Both the position numbers and the translations under genes were made by a program. A stretch of DNA of 64,000 nt, from contig NW_024704742.1 in the NCBI RefSeq assembly GCF_018977255.1, positions 44,952,001 through 45,016,000 on the forward strand. The letters are read 5' to 3'. The notes beneath the pieces were generated by a model. It was not told the origin of the DNA. It did no database searches and saw only the letters and a list, made by a program, of their open reading frames with translations. Positions 12,380 through 23,387 of the stretch are shown here, one piece after another; positions within the stretch are counted from its first letter, which is position 1; each line of letters begins with the position of its first letter. This DNA comes from Callorhinchus milii (taxonomy: Eukaryota).

Positions 12380-12747
12380 CTGCAACTTTGTGGTTAAAGT
12401 ACTCACCTCGTAAGCAGAGGACCTGGGTTTGATTTGCGGCAGGGCGAAATATTGGGCAAGTTTCTTTACTCCACATGCTTCTGTTTACCTAGCAGTAAGT
12501 TGGAACCCAGTTGTTAGTCGATTGGCAGATCACTTTTCCGTAGGTAATAATTCCTTCAGAATAAATAAAAATAGTTTGTTTCCTCAATCCACGACTGTTT
12601 GTGGGACACTGCTGTGCACAATTGGCTGCCACGTTTCTCCCACAAAATACACAGTCAATTCACTTTGCAGTACATTCTGTGAAGCGCTTTGAGACGTCTC
12701 AAAGACTTGATAAGGCACTATATCAAATGCAACGATTATTATTATTA
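12380..12747 (+). mobile_element. Chimeric tRNA-SINE, long form (full CORE-like segment)
   Basis: tRNA head, ttgggcaagtttctttactccacatgcttctgtttacctagcagtaagttggaac, Deu 3' part, (ATT)n tail. Confidence 0.9.
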
Positions 12748-13612
12748 TCTACAGTACTAACTTTACAGAGTGATTCTGTACTGCAACACTGGAGGCTTCT
12801 AAAATCTGCTAAAAATCAATGCTCTAAGTGTCATTGAGAATAACAGTGTATCATAGAACATGACACAGCACAGAAATGTTTTAAGTTCCTCTCAGAATAT
12901 GTATTTCAATTTTTGCAAAGAAAAGGCTGAACTTGCTACAATTGAAGATACATGCATAAGAGATTAGCTTTTCTTCATAGATTTCATCTAACTTCAAAAC
13001 CACTCCAAAATGTGCATTGGTAACATTATATAAAGTAAAAGGCTTCATAGTGTTTCTAATTAAATCTATGTGCAAAATGTTTTCAAGTCAGCAAATCTAT
13101 TTTGTTGTTGTAAGATGTGTGTTGATTCTCTTTTGGCATGATACTCTTCTGTCTTCTGTTACTCATTCTTTTGATTGTCTGATGAATGTTTACAACATTC
13201 AGGTTTAAAAGATGGAACCTTTCTAATACAGAAAGTTTTGGATACATAAAAATATCATAAACTTCCTGTAATAGTGAAATTTGAGCTGTATAGCTATTTT
13301 CTGTTCCTTATGAAAGTGGAATTCAATTTGAATACTGGTTAATGTTAGAAATAACAATGATAGTTAGTGCAATACAAGCTACTTGAGTTATCAGAACTCA
13401 TCTGTAGTGGTCAAATTGGCCTTATCAACCATATGCTAAACAAGGGATAATCAAAGGAGATTGTTGTGCTGTCCAGATGAAAATTCTAATAAATTGATCA
13501 TTCACTTCCCAGTTACTTGTGGGATCTTTCCATGCACAAAGTAGCTGCTGCATCTGCCTACACAGATACAGTCCCTACACTAGACCACAATTACCTTTGA
13601 AACTTTGCAACC

Positions 13613-13838
13613 TAATAATAATCCTTGCATTTGATTTAGCATCTTATCATGTCTTCAAGATGTCTCAAAGCCCTTCACAGAATATACTGTTAAGTGAATT
13701 CTGTATATTTTGTGAGTGAAATGCGGCAGCAACTTGTACTCAGCATTGTGCAGTAAGGAAACTCGCCCTGCTGGGAATCGAACCCAGGTCCTCACACTTG
13801 TGAGGTGAGTGCTCTAACCACTAAGCTACATGACTCCA
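13613..13838 (-). mobile_element. Chimeric tRNA-SINE, internally deleted
   Basis: Tail at 13613 and head (gtgctctaaccactaagctacatgactccac) at about 13810-13838, middle missing. Confidence 0.85.
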
Positions 13839-15102
13839 CTCATGTTATTATAACCCAGCAGCCCATGCTAGAGCCACTGATGTGCATACAGCAGATTATG
13901 ACAGCATTGGAGTTGGCCATTGAAAAGCACATGGTTCCTAGATGAATGGAATATTTGAATGGGACACTGATGCCTCCTTTCTACCTTTGAAAGCAGACTG
14001 AGGCATTAAGTAGTAGAGAAGAGCTAAAGGAAAGACTATAAAAGAAGAAATTCAGAGTAAAAATTGGATAATCACAGTTCCCGGGATGAAAAATGTTGAG
14101 ACTTCATTGGCAACATCGTGAGAAAAAAAGGCAACAACTATTTCTACTGCTGTGGAAGGTCCATCACCTGACCCAAGATTTATATCTGACAATCTCTATG
14201 TATGTATGGAATTTGGATCATATTCAGTTTGAATCCACACTTCAGAATGTTGTATTATTTTACTTACAATATCATTACTTACAGACTATCAACCAATATT
14301 TCAAAGCAACCGTAACTCATTATCTCTATTGCAAAGAGAATGCCATTGGACTGTAAAAAGAAGCTGACAACAAGTTATTGTATGACAATATTTCCCCTGT
14401 TAATATTTGTCACCATGTATGAAGGATATACTGAAGGAAAATAGTACTTGATTGTTTGGCATGGGTGATGCAAAGGGAATGGGGTTAAGTTAGGATTTCT
14501 GGAACTGATTGATTTTTAGTTCTGTGTGTATGAAAGTTGTCAAAGTTTTGATACGGTTTCAAATTGTAAAGTAAATTTTCAATAAAAAGAAGGCACACAG
14601 CATACACCTGTGGGAGGGAAACATTACCCATATTGCTGCCAATGATGCTGCTAGAGATAAGATCTGTGCAATAAAGATTCGTAATTTTGGCGACTGAACC
14701 TGCCTCTAGACTTCAAGCAATATCATGGGACACATGTTTTCGAGAACACTGAGTAAAGTTCACCTGTAATATGAAGACTAACACACTTTTAATCTATATA
14801 TTGTTTTAATTATTGCATATGATTTCTGTGATTCTAATTTCTTTTTAAGGAGCCTCATAATTAAAATGAACCCTTTCTTATAATTACAATCACATTGAAT
14901 GCAAATTCATATTATTCATCATAAAATGTATGGAATATTATTATTATTAGATTCTATATATCAAACAAAATGTCAGTCTTTCTGTTTAACTCTGATTATT
15001 TTTTGTTTTGTTATACAGTTGTACAGTCTAAACCAAATATGACCTTATTAATGCACCTAAAATGATTGATTGGAAAAGTAAATAATAGCACAATATAATA
15101 TC

Positions 15103-15272
15103 ATAATAATCCTTGCATTTTATATTGCGCCTGGCAGGTCAAAATGCCTCACATGTGTCACAAGTAATTGTTGTCATGTGCAATAGTGACTGTGTATTTC
15201 TAGGGAAATGCAGCAGCCAATTTGTGCACAGAAAGGTTCCACAAACAGCCATAAAGTGAATGACCAATTTAT
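15103..15272 (-). mobile_element. Deu-SINE 3' fragment
   Basis: ataataatccttgcatttt...gcagcagccaatttgtgcacag...acaaacagcc. Confidence 0.75.
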
Positions 15273-15291
15273 TAATACAAATCCTCGCATT

Positions 15292-15520
15292 TGGAACTCC
15301 ATCCCACAGTCTCTTCGCCTCGCCCACTCCTTTGCCTCCTTCAAGACCAGTCAGGACCCTCCTCTTTGACCGCCCTTTCAGTCACCCTCTTTCCCTGACC
15401 CTCCCTTCACCCCTCGTGATACCAGCCCCCAGCTCAGATGCAAATCCTTGACTGCCTAGCGCCTTGGGACATCCTCCCAATGTGAAAGATGCTATACAAA
15501 TGTAATCTGTTCTTATTGAT
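15292..15520 (+). mobile_element. L2 3' end fragment
   Basis: tggaactccatcccacagtct...gcgccttgggacatcctcccaatgtgaaagatgc. Confidence 0.85.
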
Positions 15521-16249
15521 GTTGTGTTTTTCACACAGGGATAACATTTCAAAGTGCTTTGCAGGATTTAGTGTAAAGTATAGCTTTGTAGGAGAAAACA
15601 TCTGGACAATCGTTGGTCAAGAGAGCAGGAGAAACTCCCTTTTCTTTCCGATTACAGTTATGTTATCTTTAATCACTACCTGAACAGGCAGAGATGACTT
15701 TAGTTTAAACTTCACCTGAAGCAATGCATCATTGCCCCAATTCTGCCCTGCATTGTCAACCTGGAATGTGAGCTCAACTCGCAGTGATCCCAAAAACTGC
15801 ACTTGAGACAGATACTGTATTTATTTAACATCACTGTATTATATATGAAGCATTATGGATACTACTGCCTGAGGCTAGGAGGGAATTCCATGTGGAAACT
15901 CAGATTTATCATGTTTCAATAATTCAGCACCACCAGATATTTAAAATAAATTGTGTAAATTGTTCCCATGAATGACACTGGGAGCAGATCCTTACTGAAT
16001 CCATTCAATCATGGATTTGACTAATTTTATGAATGTTATTTTTTTCCTCCACGTTTCGGAATTATGGGAGGAGGGAAAGATGTGACATATGATATAATTG
16101 ATTGTAGTATCCCGAGTAATAATATCAAATGCTGCACGCCCTCCCGTATTTATTTTGGATTACAATAGCATTCTTCAGTTTAATTACCGTTTTCTTTAAA
16201 TAAGTATCAATTCATGAATTAGATCCCATTATTATAGATAAAGTGCTAG

Positions 16250-16718
16250 TTTGGCTCAGTTTGTAGTACTCTTGACTCTACGTCAGAAAGCTGTGGTTTC
16301 AAGCATTACATTGGGACTTTGAGCTCACATAGTCATGGTTGAGCGAGGGCTGCATTATCAGAGTTGCCATCTTTTGGATGAGCTGTTTAGCCATCGTTCG
16401 GTCTGCTTATTCAGGTGAATGTTAAAGGTCCTATGGCACTGAAATGTACATTTAATTCACTTCACAGTATTTTTTTGAAGCTCTTTGAGACGTCTCAACA
16501 ACAATATGCTATATCAAATGCAACAATCAAAGGCCAACAATTCCCCGTAGATTTTTCACATCTTGGCCTTCATGGGGCATTGCTGTGCTCAAATTGGCTG
16601 TTGTTTTTGCCTACAAAGTACACAATCATTATAATTTCCAGTGAATCCCATGAGGCTCTTTGAGATGGTTTCCCAATGTGAAAGAGACTGTATCAAATCC
16701 AAGTATTATTATTGTTAT
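16250..16718 (+). mobile_element. Old Deu-domain SINE with a nested extra tail
   Basis: ggctcagtttgtagtactcttgactc head; ttgctgtgctcaaattggctg Deu segment; two tail-like segments. Confidence 0.75.
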
Positions 16719-17609
16719 TGTATTGATTTTCAATGCCCTCCTGTCTTGCATAATAGTTGAATTGGATCTTTATAAAAATCGTCTCTGTCATGTGACTACA
16801 CATCAAATACATGTATGACATGTATGACGTATATTCAGGTAAAATATTATCCACATAATTCTCAAGGTCTGCCTTGAGCTGTAATCTCAATCATCACACC
16901 AATAAAACTGCGCATCACAGTGATGTTACGCACTTCTTTGTCGTAAGGTCAGTTTCTCACAAGTGTTATTAAAGGTTTTCTTGTTGTCCTGTCATCGGCA
17001 CCTAACCTCAGCATCTGGTGTCTGCAATGTGACATTTGATTCCCTATCTGTCAGTTAGTATTTCTCCATCTCATATTTCACAGCGGAGAAGCTGTTGTGA
17101 TGTAAATAAGTAGTCTTTAGTACATCCATTACATGCTCGTATTTCCATACCCTTTAACTGCTTTGACTATATTAGCCCTTGCTCCTTGTACTGTAAAACT
17201 ACCAGTACACAACAGTCAACACTTAATTATCTGTTCTGCACTAAGATGCAAGGAACATCCTAGGGCAAAACTATTACTGCCACCTACCTAATTACTGCCC
17301 TATTACACAAAACCGAGAGAACAGAACAATTCAGCGCTGATATTTGTCAGTGCAGTAAACTGCCGTGTACTGGAAATGACAATGCTTCAGTGGGTGACAT
17401 TATCAGGAATTTAATGAATGCTACTTGTGCTGCACCAAATATCACAAAGTAAGAAGATTTTTAGATTAAAACATTAATCTGTTTTAATCTAAAATAATAA
17501 AAGATAAAAGTAAAGGTAATTAATAAAAACACCAAACATTTGAGTCTTAAAATGAATTCAGTTTATATATCTTTTTCAGTCTAGTTCATAGCCCATAGAG
17601 AAAGGAATC

Positions 17610-18332
17610 AATAAGGCTGATGAGTATTTTGGACTTTGTAACCAAGGGATCTGGAGTATAAAGGCAAAGAAATATTACTCCAAATATATGGAGCACTGGC
17701 CAGACCTCGTTTGTTGTAGTGTGCAATTTTGGGAAAGATATAGTAGTCTTGGAGGGCACCCGGCAATGATTTATTAGATTGATACCTGGAATGAAGGAGA
17801 TTAGCTACAATGAGTTGGCTTGGAATTGTTGGTTTCTATTCCTTAGAGCTGAGAGGTTAAGGGGTGATCTGATTGAGATGTGAGAGGAATTGACAAGCTG
17901 GATAGTGGATAAATCTCCCCTCTTGTGGTAAAGGGCTCCAAAACAAAAGGACAGAATCGTAACAATTGGAGCTAAACTGGTTGAAGTGAGATCAGAAAAC
18001 ATTTCTTCACATTGCAGGATGTGAAAATAGGGAATGAATTCCCCCAGAAGACGATAGACGCAGAATCAATCATGATTTTTAAAAGGGAAATAGATTAATA
18101 ATCGGAAAATAAGATTAATAGGGGTATGGAGAAATCTTGCCACATGATTACAAGATTGGTTCAGATGAAGAAGGCCCTTCTGCCCATTTGATCTCATCTT
18201 TCCAGTATACCCAATTTACCATTTTCCCGGTAGGTACAGGAGAATAGAATTTAAAGATATGCCATGATTTAATTTAACTGGTGGATGCAGTTTGATGGGC
18301 TGAATGGCCTCCTTCTGTACCTATGTTTATGA
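17610..18332 (+). mobile_element. CR1-clade LINE 3' portion, heavily decayed
   Basis: ggagtataaaggcaaagaa (EYKxKE), agaggttaaggggtgatctgattgag (RLRGDLIE), 3' UTR gatgggctgaatggcctccttctgtacc. Confidence 0.85.
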
Positions 18333-18980
18333 TTGCTGTAGGTGTAGCACATCTCTATATGATTCCTGGCAGAATTATGAAAAAAAAGAATATAGGTGTC
18401 ACTGTCATCAGGATAACTCTATGTTGTAGAAATTATGTTGGGGAGAAATCTGATTTATTTGATAGGTGACATCTTAATGGATTTCTTGTAGTTTTGTCAG
18501 GAGAAGCTGAAAGTCCAAATGAAGACAGTTATTTTGACCCAGTGGTCTATCCTAGTGATTTGTTTTTCAGTAAGGAATTGCTTCAAAATAATTTCTAAGG
18601 TGAAATATCTGATCATTGTTCATCAATTAGAAACAATTCAATGTAATATAAAATACTATATTCTGTTCTCCCCTCCTCCAATTTTACTCAATATTTCCCT
18701 CTGTTCATCTTCCCTTTGTTTAGTCATTTTCTTCTTCCTCCACTTTAATTTCACACATTTTTGTAGGATATTGTTCGCAAAGGTTAATGCTGTTTATATT
18801 TTATACAATGTTATTATTTATTTCCAAATAATCAATGCTTTTTTGCATTGTTTTGTATATTTTACATTCTATTTGCCTTGTGTTTCAGGTGGCTGTAAAG
18901 GGACCTACACCCAATCTTTTTAAGCAAACATGCAGTGTATATTCCAGTTATCCTGCATTATGTTCATACCCCTTTTTTGT

Positions 18981-19198
18981 CTACAAAATGCACAGTGAAT
19001 CACTTTATAGTATATCTAGTGAAGTACTTTGATATGTCCTCCTGATGGAAAAAGTCTATATCAAATGCAAGGATTATTATTATTTATCTAAATTTAATAA
19101 TAATTCTTACATTTGATACATTGTGTTTTACTTCAGGCGGACGTATCAAAGTACTTCATCAGATATACTATAAAGTGAGTGACCGTATAAGGTGTAGG
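18981..19198. repeat. Inverted pair of SINE 3' tails (tail-to-tail hairpin)
   Basis: cactttatagtatatctagtgaagtactttgatatgtcctcctga...attattatt versus its reverse complement at about 19096-19178. Confidence 0.85.
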
Positions 19199-19297
19199 TA
19201 AATGTACCCACTAATTCAAATTAATTAGCTCCACGTCTCATTGCTGTTTATGGGATTTTGCTGGCGCAGATTAGTTGTTCCATTTCCGAACAGAGTT

Positions 19298-19579
19298 GAG
19301 GAAACACCTCTTCACTCAGAGGGTAGTGAATTTATGGAATTCTCTACCCCAGAAGGCTGTAGATGCTTAGTCCGTGATCATATTGAAGTCTGAGATTGAT
19401 AGATTTCTAAAGGATAGCAGGATTAAGGGATATGGGGCAGATGGAGGCAGATGGGGCAGATATGACAGGCAGATGGAGTTAGGTTAGAAGATCAGCCTTG
19501 ATCTTATTGAATGGCGGGGCATGCTCGAGGGGCAAATGGCCTACTCCTGCTCCTAATTCCTATGTTCCTACATTCCTAT
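19298..19579 (+). mobile_element. CR1-clade LINE 3' end
   Basis: ttcactcagagggtagtgaatttatggaattctctaccccag (FTQRVVNLWNSLPQ); 3' UTR aatggcctactcctgctcctaattcctatgttcctac. Confidence 0.9.
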
Positions 19580-19593
19580 ATAACAGCCTTAAG

Positions 19594-19820
19594 CCACAAC
19601 AATTTGCATTTATATAGCCCTCTTCACTCAGGGTAGGTCCCAGAGCGCTTGACAATGGTCGGAGCTCAATGCCAAGCCAGGGGGGAGAGGGAGGTGACCA
19701 TAGGCACGATTGAAGAGGAAAGTCTTCAGGCGCAACCTGAAGATGGGGAAGGAAGGAGCAAGGCAGAGGGATAGAGGAAGAGAGTTGCAGAGTTTCAGGG
19801 GGTAGTGGCTGAAAGCGCGG
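19594..19820 (-). mobile_element. Old L2 3' fragment
   Basis: acaacaatttgcatttatatagccc tail; gaggaaagtcttcagg; gagttgcagagttt. Confidence 0.7.
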
Positions 19821-21499
19821 TTTCATTTCTAATCAATTATATTTTGTAAAGCACTTTATAATATTTATTTTAGTTGATAGGTGATACATAGATGCAGAAT
19901 ACCATTATAACCTCTCCAAAGCAGCGATTTTTTGTGGAGAGGGAGAAAATACATTTTGTCCTGGAAGATATGAGAAAATTGAAAGGATTAAATGACAAGG
20001 ATGTATGTTTATTACTTATTCCTCTTCTCTTACTATATTGTGGTTGCTTAATATAGCTTCCTAGTATTACATCAGGAAGTCTTGTGTTATCAATTAACTA
20101 TGAAAGATGTTGAATAATTGATGCAGACTAAGGGAAAGACAGCATCTCACAGAAACAAAGGGTCTCTGAGATATCCTATTGTGAAATCCTTGCTAAAATA
20201 TATTCTACATTTATTCAGTTTCTTTCCAATCTTTAGTACAGTCAAGACTTTTGCACGATTTGAGGAATTTCTTTTGCACATTACATCCACAGCAACAATT
20301 CTTAAATGTATCAGTAATATGGTCTCTCACTATTTATTTATGTTGCATTGTAATATTTCCAGTCTTATTGCAAAATTTATAATTTTGATTCCTAATCCAT
20401 TAATACTCTGATTAAAATATCCTGTTGATACAAGATAACCCAATGATATTCTTGTATGAATGATTTAAACATTAACACCGATTAATATATTAACATTAAT
20501 ATAGAATTATTATTTTACATTATGCACTTTCCAAAATAATTGCTCATGTTTCAACAGCAGGAAGCGGAATCTGAGTCAAAGACCCTCAGGGGTGGGAGGA
20601 AAGAGCGAACAACGAACTGAACCTCTCCACATCCCAGGTGGGGCTGATGCAGCCTCCTTCCATTAATGGGAACTTCAAGCATATTTAATTCTCTCTGTGA
20701 TGGATAGGAAAGGAATAGTTCAGGGACAATCTAAAGCAGACTAGTCTCGTTTTAAAAATGATTATGCAAGCATCCTGTATTTCTTTCATGTAGCCCTTAT
20801 ATGTCAATAGCTTCACTCTATCTCTGACAACTTTTCAGTCAAATTATGCACACTTACCTCTGACCAATATTTTAGATAGTCCTTGGTAATAAATCTTTAG
20901 AATTAATGAGTATTAGATTTTATTGAAAATGTAATTGTGAAAATATGGAAAGGATACACAGAGCTTTACAAATCAATGCAGGGCTGAAACCTAGTTAATC
21001 ACAGCCATCTAATTATTTTTATTGATCCTGATACATTAGCTATAAGAGACACTGTATGTATGTTTGGTTCATAAGCCCATCGGTTTTTATCTACTTAGGT
21101 TTGTCAGGTAGAATTCTTACTAATAAATATTTCAATCATTGCATATAATGCACTAAGCCTTTCTTAGACAGATAGAAATCTCTCATTACTTTAGGGTGCA
21201 CAGGATTCTCCTTTATTAATGCGTAAATAAGGTGACATATTTAGTTATGTTCAAAAAGAAAGAATGATTGTTCAATACAATAATGTGCCGTTTATCCATA
21301 CACCAATTAACCACTCGTCCATTTAACTACACAGGAATCCCCAAGCAACAAGATCCCAGCAACAGTAATATTGGTTGCTGGCTTAGTTTCCAAATCGTAT
21401 TTATTTTTTTGGTTAGCCAGATGCCTGATGATCGGTGTGGAATACCCATCGCCATGTTTAAGAATACCCAAACCAGAATGAGTTTCACATCCAAGTTCT

Positions 21500-21927
21500 T
21501 GGCTGAGTTTGAACCACTCTCACCTCTGAATCAGACGATTGTGAGTTCAAGCCCCATTTTGGGACTTTGAACTGACAGTCTGGACTCAAAGTCCAATTCA
21601 GGGCTGGGGAAGTGCTGCATTGTTGGAGGTGCAATCCTTTGAATGAGACAAACCAGAGCCTGTCTGCTAGTTCATATGGATGTAAAAGATCCCATGGCAC
21701 TATTTGAAAAATGGAGAGAGTTTCTCTCACTGAACTGGCCAACAAATCCCCCAAATAAAATTGGTCACTCACTCTGTGGCTATTTGTGAGACGTTGTTGT
21801 TGACAACTTGATTGATGCATTGTCCCACAAAATACACAGTCACTCCATGTAACAGTAAATCTGTGAAGAACTTTGAGATGTCCTCCTCATGTGAAAGACA
21901 CAATACCAAATGTAAGGATTATTATTA
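21500..21927 (+). mobile_element. Old Deu-domain tRNA-SINE, near full length
   Basis: ggctgagtt...tgagttcaagcccca head; gtaaaagatcccatggcactatttg; tail aaatgtaaggattattatt. Confidence 0.88.
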
Positions 21928-21961
21928 TGTGCTATCTCTTCCAATATCCCAGCTCTCTCCC

Positions 21962-23387
21962 TGGGCGGTTGGGGCGGGGGATGTGGAGCAGACCGGAGCC
22001 AGAGGAACGGAGGGTATGGGCAGGTAGGTAGGGGGATAGTAGGTCGGAGAGGTAGGAGGGAGCAAGGCCGTGAATGGCCTTATAGGTGAGGATGAGGATC
22101 TTGAAATTGATCCTCTGGGGGATGGGGAGCCAATGGAGGCGAGCGAGGGTGGGAGTGATGTGGTCCCGAAGCCTGGTGCGGGACAGTACACGAGCTGCAG
22201 AGTTCTGAATGACCTGCGGCTTGTGGAGGGAGGTGCCGGGAAGGCCGGCGAGGAGAGAGTTTCCATCATCCAGTCTTGAGGTGATAAAGGTGTGGACCAA
22301 AGTTTCAGCAGCGTGAGGGGTGAGGTAGTGCCGTAGTCTGGCGACATTCCGGAGGTGATGGAAGGCGGTGCCAGTTGTGGCGCGGATATGAGGGAGAAAG
22401 GACAGCTCAGGGTCGAAGAGAACACCGAGGTTCCTGAGCGGCTTTGAGAGGTGGAGAGTGCAGCCTTGGATGCTGATGCTGTCAGCGCCTGAAGTGCGGA
22501 GGCGCTGACGCGAGCCAATCAGGAGGGCCTCAGTTTTACGCACGTTGAGCTGAAGAAAGTTGTCTCCCGTCCAGGACTCGATGTCGGTCAGGCAGGCTGT
22601 CAGGACATCGATGGTCGTGGAGTTGAGGGTAGAGGAGGAAAGGTAGAGTTGGGTGTCATTGGTATACATGTGGAAGTTAACCCCATGTCTGCGGATGATG
22701 TCACCAAGGGGGAGCATAGAGAGGATGAAGAGGAGGGGACCGAGGACAGAGCCCCGAGGGACACCGCACAAGACAGTGCGGGGGCTGGAGGAAAAAACGT
22801 TCATGGAACCAAAGTGAAGACGGTGGGAGAGGTACGACCTAAACCACTCAAGGACAGGGCCTTGAAGGTTAAATAATAATAATAATAATAATCCTTGCAT
22901 TTAATATAGCGCTTTTCACGTCGGGAGGATGTCCCAAAGCGCTTCACAGAACACACTGTAAAGTGAATTGACTATATATTTGTGGGCGAACGCGGCAGCC
23001 AATTGCACACAGCAATGTCCCACAAACAGTCGTAGATTCAAAATGACCAACTTTTATTATTGTTTTTGGTTTTTTGGACGGATTATTATTAGGCGTGTGG
23101 AGTAAGGAAACTTGCCCAAGGTTTCGCCCTGCCTGGAATTGAACTCAGGTCTCTCACTTGCAAAGCGAGTGCTCTAACCACTGAGCTACAGGACTCCACA
23201 ACAGGTTGAGGTGGGAGGACAAGCGGTGGAGGAGCATAGCATGGTCGACCGCATCGAATGCTGCCGATAGGTCGAGGAGGACGAGGAGGTAGAGGGAGCT
23301 CTGGTCACAGATGGTCAGGATGTCATTGGTGACCTTGACCAGGCAGTTTCTGTGCTATCGGTAGCACGGAAACCCGACTGAAGGGGA
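21962..23387 (-). pseudogene. Young L2 LINE RT fragment (ORF2), interrupted by a SINE, lacking its 3' end
   Basis: ORF 21932..22900 reads through GVPRGSVLGPLLF, HMYTNDTQLY, RNLGVLFD, LHWLPIPQRINFKIL; upstream RT part resumes at 23203. Confidence 0.95.
22872..23199 (-). mobile_element. Young chimeric tRNA-SINE (short form) inserted in L2
   Basis: Nearly identical to 45634-45965 and 51985-52306; aggtt repeated at 22866-22870 and 23203-23207 (probable target-site duplication). Confidence 0.97.

Noticed and set aside
18519..18923. 134-aa hydrophobic ORF as a membrane protein
   Set aside because: T-rich low-complexity DNA producing F/I/L codons; no recognisable motif
21932..22900. 322-aa ORF as a functional reverse transcriptase gene
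   Set aside because: Fragment of L2 ORF2; its start comes from a SINE tail, YADD is mutated to YTND, and the 3' end is missing
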